Source of the DNA: a virus
Taxonomy: Duplodnaviria > Caudoviricetes
Reading direction: 5' to 3' (one strand)
DNA: 36,070 nt
IMG/VR virus record: IMGVR_UViG_3300020045_007532
Span: 1 to 36,070 of that record
Shown in pieces: positions 1 through 7,462 of the stretch. The position numbers and the translations under genes were made by a program. A model generated the notes under the pieces. That model was given only the letters and a program-made list of their open reading frames with translations. It made no database searches and was not told the origin of the DNA. How positions within the stretch are numbered: position 1 is the first letter of the stretch; the number at the start of each line of letters is the position of its first letter.

Positions 1-215
1 TATTTATATAGTTATATAGTTATATAGTTATATAGTTATATAGTTATATAGTTATATAGTTATATAGTTATATAGCTATATAGTTATATAGTTATATAGT
101 TATATAGTTATATAGTTATATAGTTATGTAGTTATATAGTTATATAGTTATATAGTTATATAGTTATATAGTTATATAGTTATATAGTTATATAGTTATA
201 TAGTTATATAGTTAT
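1..215. repeat. Left terminal tandem array (TTATATAG)n, 26 units plus partial units
   Basis: Unbroken 8-bp periodicity from 4 to 211, with two variant units (CTATATAG near 76, TTATGTAG near 124-131). Confidence 0.98.
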
Positions 216-258
216 GCATCTGCCCATTGTCAATGGTCGACCAGTCTAGTCGGCTATA

Positions 259-296
259 AAATAAATGTTTACTTTTGGCTCAAAGTATGATATACA
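259..296 (+). promoter_or_regulatory. Putative sigma70 promoter with UP-like AAATAAATG
   Basis: AAATAAATG, then TTTACT, 17 nt ending in TGA, then TATACA; same spacing as the other early promoters. Confidence 0.45.
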
Positions 297-402
297 CGCG
301 CATGCATCCACGCATATACTTAAGTATGTGGTCTGATAGGTTTTACTAATCAAGTACGAACTACTAATTAGAATGATTGTGTGTACTTTCTTGTAAGAAG
401 CA

Positions 403-455
403 TATAATAAAAGTATCAAACAAAATAACTTGTTTGAGCAACTTGAAAGAACATC
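403..455 (+). promoter_or_regulatory. Early promoter -10 box, 5' hairpin and RBS
   Basis: TATAAT 403-408; stem TCAAACAA/TTGTTTGA with loop AATAAC (416-437); ACTTGAAAGA before ATG 456. Confidence 0.65.
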
Positions 456-602
456 ATGACACACTATGTAGCCAAATATGATAGCGATGATAACAAAGAA
501 CTAATTTTTGTAGGCACCAAAGAAGCTTGTGAGACTTTTATTGAAGAGAATGAAGAGCATATTAGAGCGCAGGGTTTTTATTTGATGCTTGAAGCAAAAT
601 AA
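456..602 (+). CDS. Small acidic early protein, 48 aa (MTHYVAKYDSDDNKELIFVGTKEACETFIEENEEH...)
   Basis: Hand-translated; below the ORF-track cutoff. Has the genome's recurrent CTTGAAAG RBS and resembles ORF 1464-1631. Confidence 0.75.
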   Translation: MTHYVAKYDSDDNKELIFVGTKEACETFIEENEEHIRAQGFYLMLEAK

Positions 603-679
603 ATGCTTAATTGAAGTAGATTGTGCTATATAATCTACTTTGACTAGCAATTTTGCTAGCTTTAACTTGAAAGACTATT
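597..679 (+). promoter_or_regulatory. Early promoter, leader hairpin and RBS
   Basis: AAATAAATG 23 nt before TATAAT (629-634); inverted repeat AAGTAGATT/AATCTACTT spans the -10 box; CTAGCAA/TTGCTAG at 644-659; ACTTGAAAGA before ATG 680. Confidence 0.65.
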
Positions 680-1147
680 ATGACTAAGAAATTGACTAAA
701 GCTCAGAAGGCTGAGCTTGCCTCTGCAGTGGCTGTGCCGGAAATTATTGAGCCGGTCGGGGTGGAAATCTCTAGCCCTGAAGTGACTGTGCCGGAAACTG
801 AAGAGGTTTGGGTTGACCCTATCAAGTGGGTGGACGAAACTCCAACCATCGACCAAGCCATGAAGACCTTGGTGACTACGAAGCCGCATAAGGTTGTCAA
901 GACCGTGAAGACCGGCGTTGGTGCTCAAATCCTCCAACACATTGCGGATGGTGTCCTCTCCAACAAAGAGATCGTTGAGCGGGTCCTTCAAGATAACCCA
1001 CTCCGCAAGACAACCTATGCTTGTGTGGCATGGTATAAGAGCCAAGTCCGTGCGGGGAAGATTGACTTGCCCGAAGCCCAAGAAGAAGTAATGGATGAAT
1101 GCTCAACGGGCATGGAAGACGAAACCTTGAGCGACGACCAAGCCTAA
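680..1147 (+). CDS. Early protein with a putative helical DNA-binding domain; paralog of 12803-13258
   Basis: 155 aa, good RBS, acidic termini; the segment GVGAQILQHIADG...KTTYACVAWYKS matches the 12803 ORF. Confidence 0.8.
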   Translation: MTKKLTKAQKAELASAVAVPEIIEPVGVEISSPEVTVPETEEVWVDPIKWVDETPTIDQAMKTLVTTKPHKVVKTVKTGVGAQILQHIADGVLSNKEIVERVLQDNPLRKTTYACVAWYKSQVRAGKIDLPEAQEEVMDECSTGMEDETLSDDQA

Positions 1148-1164
1148 GAGCTAAGAGCTAAGAG
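1144..1164 (+). repeat. CTAAGAG x3 tandem repeat
   Basis: Three exact copies beginning at the stop codon of the 680-1147 gene. Confidence 0.8.
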
Positions 1165-1226
1165 TGATGGGGCTTCACACGAGGCCTCATTGCCCTTCGC
1201 TCTTGGAGGATATCTTGAAAGAACTT

Positions 1227-1439
1227 ATGACTAATGAAAACCAAACCAAGTGGGTGCAAGCACGGCTTGCCCTTAAAGCTTTGGGTCTTACACCCATGGA
1301 CTTTATTGACCTTGACATGGCCATGTGTATCAAGGTATGGGAAGACGATCTCGGTCCTTTGAATATGACACCGGAAGAGCTTGTAGAAATGCATGAAGAT
1401 TACCACATTGATCTTTGTGCCCGCGCTTTGAAGCTTTGA
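1227..1439 (+). CDS. Hypothetical early protein, 70 aa
   Basis: Start moved from 1164 to ATG 1227, which follows CTTGAAAGAACTT. Confidence 0.7.
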   Translation: MTNENQTKWVQARLALKALGLTPMDFIDLDMAMCIKVWEDDLGPLNMTPEELVEMHEDYHIDLCARALKL

Positions 1440-1463
1440 AGCCGACTAACCTTGGAGATTACT

Positions 1464-1631
1464 ATGTGCCCATTCCGCGTAATGCAAGTAACCGAAACCG
1501 GTGAAGAATTCCACGCCTTTGAGGGGGACACTTGGGAGGAGTGTGAGGCTTGGATCTTAGCCAATATGGATAACTTCCCCGAGTCTACGTTCTATTGGGA
1601 AGAGGTGGAGTGCCTCGACTTTTGGGATTAG
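1464..1631 (+). CDS. Very acidic 55-aa early protein (MCPFRVMQVTETGEEFHAFEGDTWEECEAWILAN...)
   Basis: Hand-translated; GGAG RBS upstream; 15 D/E residues against one R. Confidence 0.75.
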   Translation: MCPFRVMQVTETGEEFHAFEGDTWEECEAWILANMDNFPESTFYWEEVECLDFWD

Positions 1632-1634
1632 CCT

Positions 1635-1697
1635 ATGCTTATAGCTATCTTTGTGGCACTCATTGTGCTTCTACTCTCCATCTTCATAGAATCTTAG
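1635..1697 (+). CDS. 20-aa single-transmembrane peptide MLIAIFVALIVLLLSIFIES
   Basis: Fills the gap between the previous stop codon and the terminator; uniformly hydrophobic. Confidence 0.5.
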   Translation: MLIAIFVALIVLLLSIFIES

Positions 1698-1719
1698 GAC
1701 CTTCGGGTCCTTTTTCTTT
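1696..1719 (+). terminator. Intrinsic terminator of the first early operon
   Basis: AGGACC-TTCG-GGTCCT followed by TTTTCTTT. Confidence 0.9.
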
Positions 1720-1724
1720 GCCCT

Positions 1725-2175
1725 GTACATTGGGCTGATGGGGTGGAACTGTCTAGCCCAATGTACTAAGGACTAAGCCCAACGTGCCTTGGTCGTGCCG
1801 GATAAAGCCCAACATGAGCCCAATGTATTTCGGTCAGATTGTTATGTACGTTCGGCCACGAATTTATAAAATAACTGACCGAATTGAGCCCAACGTACTC
1901 TGAATTGATGGGGTGGAATACCCTGTGGCTGCGTTTTAGGCCTTTTACCCCCATTTTCGTGCGTTGTGTTTTCGGCGTACGCTTAAAAAATCAGGCCCAA
2001 AAGTATTTCGTTTACAGAATATTCTATTATTATTATTACTATATATATATTATTATTATTATTATTAAGAATATAAACACACTGCTGCACGCACAATGCA
2101 CAAAACACCTCGCCAGCAGAATTTCTCCCCAAAGTTCATCGCACCTCGCCAGCAGAATTTCTCCCCAAAGTTCAT
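1725..2175. repeat. Putative replication origin: AGCCCAAYRT repeats, AT-rich tract and 34-bp direct repeat
   Basis: AGCCCAAYRT at 1755, 1776, 1806, 1817 and 1887, inverted copy at 1725-1736; (TAT)n/(TA)n tract at about 2019-2075; exact 34-mer at 2106-2139 and 2142-2175. Confidence 0.6.
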
Positions 2176-2240
2176 ATTTGCCCAATGCATTATGCAATAT
2201 ATAAATTCAGTATATAATATAATTTTAACTGGAGTATACT

Positions 2241-2615
2241 ATGAGATTATGCAAAATCTGTGCCGAAGAAAAACCATTTGATCCCCAAGGTACTACGCCC
2301 AAAGCAAAGGGGTTTGTAGGCTACGTATGCTGGAATTGTGCCAAGCTTGCTAGTAATGCTAGGTACCAAGCAAAAGCAGGTATCGACCAAGAAAATGTCC
2401 AAGCATTGCGTGCACAACGACAAGCATTACAAGCCCAAGCACACGAATTACGCCAATTGGAAATTCGAGCAAAATTTGAAGCTATTGAGCAAGCTAAAGA
2501 AAGCAACTATGCCCAATGGCAAAAAGCCCAAAAGCTTAAGAACCAAGCACGGCTAGCTAAGCAGGATAAAGAGCAAGTTAAGCTCAAAGCTATTTGTGCG
2601 GCGGTTATCTACTAA
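2241..2615 (+). CDS. Zinc-finger plus coiled-coil hypothetical protein
   Basis: CKIC...CWNC followed by a Q/A/K-rich helix; GGAG RBS. Confidence 0.75.
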   Translation: MRLCKICAEEKPFDPQGTTPKAKGFVGYVCWNCAKLASNARYQAKAGIDQENVQALRAQRQALQAQAHELRQLEIRAKFEAIEQAKESNYAQWQKAQKLKNQARLAKQDKEQVKLKAICAAVIY

Positions 2616-2727
2616 GAGGGCCAAATCTGACGTTGATTAAAAGGCTAAACACGATACTGCACGCATACACAGTTCACACGTAAGCTTGGTGGCGACCTGT
2701 GTACCCAGTAACCCAGCTTTGTGAGAC

Positions 2728-2765
2728 AAATAAAGTTACCACTGGCACGCGCGTCGCGTTATAAT
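2728..2765 (+). promoter_or_regulatory. Promoter of the primase-helicase gene
   Basis: AAATAAAGT 23 nt before TATAAT (2760-2765), preceded by GTGAGA as at the 6838 and 12704 promoters. Confidence 0.65.
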
Positions 2766-2812
2766 ATAGCTACTATGCGCTTTCGTGGTTGGGGCGCATG
2801 GCGATGGTCTAG

Positions 2813-2843
2813 GAGCCCGGGGCAAAAATCCCGGGCTTTCTTT
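2813..2843 (+). terminator. Terminator-like hairpin (possible attenuator) in the primase leader
   Basis: GAGCCCGGG, 8-nt loop, CCCGGGCTT, then TCTTT. Confidence 0.55.
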
Positions 2844-2859
2844 CCGTCCTACACCAACC

Positions 2860-4932
2860 ATGCCATCAACTGCAACAACCATGTCCGCACAACCGCAACA
2901 CTCTGCCCTGTATGAAGTAGCCCCACTCCCAACAACCGACGCTGTTAGTATGTCATTCATGCTAATGGACCTTGCCCGAAGTGGCCTAGTACCCGAAGAC
3001 CTTCAAGCGTACCCCATCAACAATGTGTTTGGAGTTGGGCAGTACATTATTCCGTACCAAGTCCCACAGATGTGGGTACGCCGAGCTGACACCGCAATAG
3101 ATAAGTACAAGGGGCCTAAGGGCTTCACAGACCTGTACGTACCCCCCACAAAGTACCCAAAGACCAGCACACTATGGCTAATTGAAGGTGAGAAGAAGTC
3201 AGCAAAGTTCTCCAAGCACTTCGGGGTATTTTCTGCAGGACTTCGAGGTTGTCGTGGGTTCACACAAGGCTCAGTATTGCACCCCACCTTAATTCACCTA
3301 CTGCATGGCGTCTCACAAGTCAATGTAGTGTTTGATGGGGACATCGAGACTAACGTTCAAATCCAGTACGCAGCCACAACATTCGCAGCGCTACTCAAAG
3401 CTCTTAGCATCCCACTCACAATCTTCAAGCCTCCCTTTGCCAAGGGCGTGGATGACTGGCTTGTTGAAAATCCGGATGGGTCTTTAGAAGAGCTTGTCAC
3501 CATCCCAGCAGAATCTCTCCAAGCATCTCGGAAACAAGTGCTCCAAGAAGCAAAGGTGATTGTAAACGAGGAAGGTAAGTTTGAGCGCAATGAGTTTAAT
3601 GCCTTGCAAATCATCAAGAGCCTATACAGCAAGAGACTTTACGAAGATAAGCGTCTTGGCGTAATCTTTGATGGGGCCTTATGCCCAAGTGTAGACCAAG
3701 TAAAATTCGACATACTAGTTAGCTTGCAACAACACATAGATGCTAAGTTCTCAAGGCCCGTTGTCCAGACTGCCGTCAATGGCTACTTAGGTACTGCACG
3801 CACCGACTTAGTACGTGATGCTGTAAGAACCACAGTATGGGACAAAGTGAAACGCCTAGACACTTGGGGCCCTACATACTTGCAGTGTGCCCCACAAGAC
3901 CAGCGTATTTGTGAAGAGTTTGGCCGCATGCTTATGACTGCCTTTGCCCTACGCATTGTGCGCCCCGGGATAAAAGCCGACTTTGCCTTCATGCTAGTTG
4001 GTCCCCAAGGCACGCGCAAAACAACATTCCTTGAGCAACTGGCTACGTTTGAGGGGTACAAGCTCTATCATGCCATTGAGGCTCTCCCCACCGGTACATC
4101 CACCCAGCAACGTCATAGCATGGTAAAGTGTGCGCGCTCAGTACTAGTCGATATGGCTGAGGGTATTATTTTGGATTCGCGCGGGGCGAGTCATGAAAAC
4201 ATCAAGCAGTACATCTCACAGACTGAGGATGTCATGCAGGTGCTGTACCAAACAGATCCTAAAGTGGAGCCTCGTGGCTATATTATCTGCGGGGCAACTA
4301 ACCGCTCAGATATTACATCAGACAAGTCCGGTTCTCGTCGGTTCATTGCACTTAATGTAACTTGGTGCGTAGTCATACCATACGAAATCAAGCTCCAGCT
4401 CATAGCAGAAGCGCTTGAAACTGCGGTCCTTGATGAAGCAGACCCAGCAGTGTGGTGGCGGTCACGAATTACTATGGACGACGTAGACCAAGAGCTTCGT
4501 GCTGAGAATCCGCATATTGATAACCCACAAGAGCTACTGAATCTTAAGTTTGCCAAGCATGATGAGTTTACAAATACTATCTTACAAATGGTTGAAGGGG
4601 AGATCTTCCCGAAAACTAAAGCTGAAGGGCACCAGTTCCTTACAGCCAAGTTCATTGCAGATAAGATGAATGAGAACAATAGAGAAGTGACAACTGTAAA
4701 TCTCGTAGCTCGGGTCCTTCGCAGCTTGGCCACCGCACCAACATTTGCCTATGCAATGGTCTCAGCACGTAAGCGTCTTAGTCAGCTTAAGCTTGATGAA
4801 TGGCAAGCTAAGGCAATGTCCAACGGTATTAGCAACAACGATACTGCGCTCCCGGGGTACATAGTCAGTCTTAAAGTACCCCGCGAGCTTGTGGTAAATA
4901 AAGTTACGACTAGTACCGAAGCTGCAGTATAA
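2860..4932 (+). CDS. Toprim (DUF3854-like) primase fused to a VapE/VirE-family P-loop helicase
   Basis: LIEGEKK, VVFDGD and KGVDDWL Toprim motifs; Walker A GPQGTRKT; GATNRSD...DKSGSRRF VapE motif. Start uncertain (2785 GTG, 2860 or 2881 ATG). Confidence 0.85.
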   Translation: MPSTATTMSAQPQHSALYEVAPLPTTDAVSMSFMLMDLARSGLVPEDLQAYPINNVFGVGQYIIPYQVPQMWVRRADTAIDKYKGPKGFTDLYVPPTKYPKTSTLWLIEGEKKSAKFSKHFGVFSAGLRGCRGFTQGSVLHPTLIHLLHGVSQVNVVFDGDIETNVQIQYAATTFAALLKALSIPLTIFKPPFAKGVDDWLVENPDGSLEELVTIPAESLQASRKQVLQEAKVIVNEEGKFERNEFNALQIIKSLYSKRLYEDKRLGVIFDGALCPSVDQVKFDILVSLQQHIDAKFSRPVVQTAVNGYLGTARTDLVRDAVRTTVWDKVKRLDTWGPTYLQCAPQDQRICEEFGRMLMTAFALRIVRPGIKADFAFMLVGPQGTRKTTFLEQLATFEGYKLYHAIEALPTGTSTQQRHSMVKCARSVLVDMAEGIILDSRGASHENIKQYISQTEDVMQVLYQTDPKVEPRGYIICGATNRSDITSDKSGSRRFIALNVTWCVVIPYEIKLQLIAEALETAVLDEADPAVWWRSRITMDDVDQELRAENPHIDNPQELLNLKFAKHDEFTNTILQMVEGEIFPKTKAEGHQFLTAKFIADKMNENNREVTTVNLVARVLRSLATAPTFAYAMVSARKRLSQLKLDEWQAKAMSNGISNNDTALPGYIVSLKVPRELVVNKVTTSTEAAV

Positions 4933-4977
4933 TAACTACATGCAGCGAATAACCGCTGCATGTACTTGAAAGAACTT
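4896..4977 (+). promoter_or_regulatory. Promoter, 11-bp hairpin and RBS
   Basis: AAATAAAGT, 23 nt, TATAAT (4928-4933); TACATGCAGCG-AATAAC-CGCTGCATGTA (4937-4964); CTTGAAAGAACTT before the ATG. Confidence 0.75.
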
Positions 4978-5184
4978 ATGACTAAAACTTGGGTTGCGCC
5001 CGTACCAGCTAAATGTGACATTTGTCAAGCACCAATTACGGCTGAGTTTTTTGATGCTTGCGCCCGTACAATGCATTGGGGTAATTTTTGCAAGGCATGC
5101 TTTACTAAGCATACTTTTGGCCGGTTGGGTGCTGGTTTTGGCCAGCATTATAAGCTAACAAACGAGCAGTGGATCAAGCAATGA
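4978..5184 (+). CDS. Small zinc-binding hypothetical protein
   Basis: CDIC...CKAC; start moved to ATG 4978 after the RBS motif. Confidence 0.75.
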   Translation: MTKTWVAPVPAKCDICQAPITAEFFDACARTMHWGNFCKACFTKHTFGRLGAGFGQHYKLTNEQWIKQ

Positions 5185-5348
5185 AGATCACCCCATACAC
5201 CACAAAGTCCGGGGTACAAATTGGCTGTCGATACACCCCGCCAAGCACGCAAGTAATTATTGGGGATATGTACCGACTCCAAACAGCGCTCCTCGAAAAG
5301 CGTTACCCCACGCCCTTATGGCTTCGCATCATCTGGAAGTGGTTATGA
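5181..5348 (+). CDS. Hypothetical protein, 55 aa (MKITPYTTKSGVQIGCRY...)
   Basis: Hand-translated; ATGA overlaps with both neighbouring genes. Confidence 0.7.
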   Translation: MKITPYTTKSGVQIGCRYTPPSTQVIIGDMYRLQTALLEKRYPTPLWLRIIWKWL

Positions 5349-5758
5349 CTCGCATCAATCTTGTTCCACCATCAGAGCTAGCGGACCAGCACTTGTTTGC
5401 TGAATTCCGCGAAATCACACGTGTCCCCAAAGCACTTGCTAAAAGCCTTAAAGCCTACGGTTATAATACTGTACTGCAGCGTATACCTAAAGACTTCGTA
5501 CTTGGCACCGGGCATGTCATGTTCTTCTATGACAAAGGCGCTTATCTTGTGCACAGGTTTGCAGAATTACAGCATGAGCTTTGGAAACGTGGTGTTAACT
5601 ACAACGTCCAAACTTGTCTTGACCCTGACTACACATTTTGGAACAACCCAAAATTATGTAAAGACTACGTGCCCACGCCTGAGGCGCTTAGCTTAATTCG
5701 TGGGCGTATCGCTGAAAAAATTGCCATGAAACCTACATGGTATAAATGGAGTAAATAA
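5345..5758 (+). CDS. denV: Pyrimidine-dimer DNA glycosylase (T4 endonuclease V-like)
   Basis: MTRINL...LADQHLFAEFREITRV, LGTGHVMFFYDK and RIAEKIAMKPTWYK follow the T4 DenV pattern; a start at 5345 gives the catalytic Thr2. Confidence 0.93.
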   Translation: MTRINLVPPSELADQHLFAEFREITRVPKALAKSLKAYGYNTVLQRIPKDFVLGTGHVMFFYDKGAYLVHRFAELQHELWKRGVNYNVQTCLDPDYTFWNNPKLCKDYVPTPEALSLIRGRIAEKIAMKPTWYKWSK

Positions 5759-6633
5759 TGAAGTTTAAACCAATGCTTGCGGCAACTGTTACAGACCGCG
5801 CCAAGTTAAAATTCCCTTACCTAGCAAGCCCAAAGCTTGATGGGATTCGCTGTATTGTGCTTGATGGCCAAGTACTTAGCCGTAGTTTCAAGCCTATCAG
5901 GAATACGCACATTTCTAAAATGCTGCAAAACCTACCAAATCTTGATGGGGAGCTTATCGTCGGGCCCCCTAATGTCGGGGATGTTTTTAATCGAACAACT
6001 CGCGGCGTAATGTCTGCAGCCGGTCAACCGGACTTCACGTACCATGTCTTCGACACATTGGACTACTTAGAAGACCCATTCCATGAGCGCCTTGCTAAGA
6101 TCAGCCACGTAACTAGCAACTATGTCCAAGCAGTACCGCATGAAGTAATCCAAAACCTAAATGACTTGGCAAAGTACGAAGCAGCTATGCTTGAGTACGG
6201 CTATGAGGGGGTTATGCTTCGGGGCCCAAACAATGCTTACAAGTGCGGGCGTGCAACTGCTACTGAGAACTCGCTATGGAAGTTGAAGCAATTTATGGAC
6301 GGCGAAATTCTTATTACCAAAGTCCTTGAGGGTGTAATCAACACTAATGAGGCGACCCGTGATGTACTTGGGCGCACTGTTAGAAGCAAGCATCAAGAAG
6401 GCATGAACCCAAATGGGCAGGTAGGCACAATCATTGGGACTGACCTCCAAACAGGGCAGTTACTCGAGATTTCCCCCGGCCGCATGCCGCATGATGTTCG
6501 TAGCTACATGTGGAGGCACCATGATGATATTATCGGGAAAATTGCCAAGTACAAGGCCTTTGGGTACGGGCGTCTTAATGTAGCACGCTTTGCTACGTTC
6601 CAAGGTTTCCGTGACGCAGATGACATGTCATGA
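5758..6633 (+). CDS. lig: ATP-dependent DNA ligase (minimal type)
   Basis: PMLA, KLDGIR (motif I), LDGEL, YHVFD, EGVMLR, WKLK and C-terminal RFATFQGFRD. Confidence 0.93.
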   Translation: MKFKPMLAATVTDRAKLKFPYLASPKLDGIRCIVLDGQVLSRSFKPIRNTHISKMLQNLPNLDGELIVGPPNVGDVFNRTTRGVMSAAGQPDFTYHVFDTLDYLEDPFHERLAKISHVTSNYVQAVPHEVIQNLNDLAKYEAAMLEYGYEGVMLRGPNNAYKCGRATATENSLWKLKQFMDGEILITKVLEGVINTNEATRDVLGRTVRSKHQEGMNPNGQVGTIIGTDLQTGQLLEISPGRMPHDVRSYMWRHHDDIIGKIAKYKAFGYGRLNVARFATFQGFRDADDMS

Positions 6634-6836
6634 GTACTACACAACCCGAGCGTCGTGGGGGCAAACGTCGTCGGCATGTCCCCCCAAAGTTTAATCATGC
6701 AGAAGCTCTTGCAATTCGTGCCCAGTACGCTACTACTGGTATTACAAGGCAAGCGCTAGCCAGTATGCTTGGTTGCTCAATATCTACGTTAGGCCTTATT
6801 TTAAGTAAGCGGGGCTCTTATAAAACCAGCATGTGA
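6630..6836 (+). CDS. Small HTH DNA-binding protein
   Basis: IRAQYATTGITRQALASMLGCSISTLGLIL fits an HTH pattern; ATGA-coupled to the ligase. Confidence 0.7.
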   Translation: MSTTQPERRGGKRRRHVPPKFNHAEALAIRAQYATTGITRQALASMLGCSISTLGLILSKRGSYKTSM

Positions 6837-6837
6837 G

Positions 6838-6921
6838 AAATAAAGTGTTATAGCACGCCGAAAGTACGTTATAATAACTACATGCAGCAAAATTACTTGC
6901 TGCATTAACTTGAAAGAACCT
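6838..6921 (+). promoter_or_regulatory. Promoter, 9-bp hairpin and RBS
   Basis: AAATAAAGT, 23 nt, TATAAT (6870-6875); ATGCAGCAA-AATTAC-TTGCTGCAT (6882-6905); shares 19 identical nt with the 4928 copy. Confidence 0.75.
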
Positions 6922-7089
6922 ATGAAACTTGTGCTTGAACCCAAAGAAATTGAGCAAATCTTGCTTGATAAAGTCAACAAAGACTTCGCAACCAATTTTA
7001 ACAAAGTAACATTTGGGGGGTATTACACGCCTCAAGCTGCTACCTTTGAGACGGCTGAACCGGAACAAGGGTGCGAGGTGCCGGAATGA
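6922..7089 (+). CDS. Hypothetical protein, 55 aa (MKLVLEPKEIEQILLDKVN...)
   Basis: Hand-translated; RBS motif upstream; ATGA overlap with the next gene. Confidence 0.7.
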   Translation: MKLVLEPKEIEQILLDKVNKDFATNFNKVTFGGYYTPQAATFETAEPEQGCEVPE

Positions 7090-7460
7090 CACTCGGTGAA
7101 GCTATTGACGCGCTCTATATAGCTCGTGCTGCGCGGCTTGCAAAAGACAAAGAAGTCAAAGAGCTCAAAGTTACAGAAGCTGCTGCACGTCTTGTTGTGC
7201 TTAAAATGCTTGAAGAAACAGGGCTTAAAAAAGCCTCAGGCCAATTTGCAACTGCTGGCATTACCACTGAAGACATTCCCTATATCAAAGACTGGGATGA
7301 AGTCTATCAGTATATCAAATCTAATGACAGGTTCGACTTGCTTCAACGCCGTATTGGCGTAGTAGCTTGGCGTGACCTGTACAAAGACGGGATCCTCGTC
7401 CCGGGAACCGAGGCAGCTGTCGATACCGACATTTCACTTACTAAGTCAACACGGAACTAA
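7086..7460 (+). CDS. Conserved phage replication-module protein (coiled coil with DW...LLQRRI motif)
   Basis: KDWDEVYQYIKSNDRFDLLQRRI...VPG recalled from proteins next to phage SSB/PolA genes; start moved to ATG 7086. Confidence 0.75.
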   Translation: MTLGEAIDALYIARAARLAKDKEVKELKVTEAAARLVVLKMLEETGLKKASGQFATAGITTEDIPYIKDWDEVYQYIKSNDRFDLLQRRIGVVAWRDLYKDGILVPGTEAAVDTDISLTKSTRN

Positions 7461-7462
7461 TC

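Noticed and set aside
1-215. CRISPR array or inverted terminal repeats of a linear replicon
   Set aside because: There are no spacers, the two arrays are direct rather than inverted, and no terminal-protein PolB, protelomerase or reverse transcriptase gene was found.
2106-2175. Mini-CRISPR from the 34-bp repeats
   Set aside because: The copies are only 2 nt apart, so there is no spacer.
1884-2204. 106-aa ORF with poly-Tyr and poly-Ile (also 2096-2281)
   Set aside because: It is a translation of the (TAT)n tract and the 34-bp repeat, with no RBS.
2615-2700. Third copy of the 89-bp element
   Set aside because: Only loose GATAC/GCATAC similarity; the block spacing does not match.
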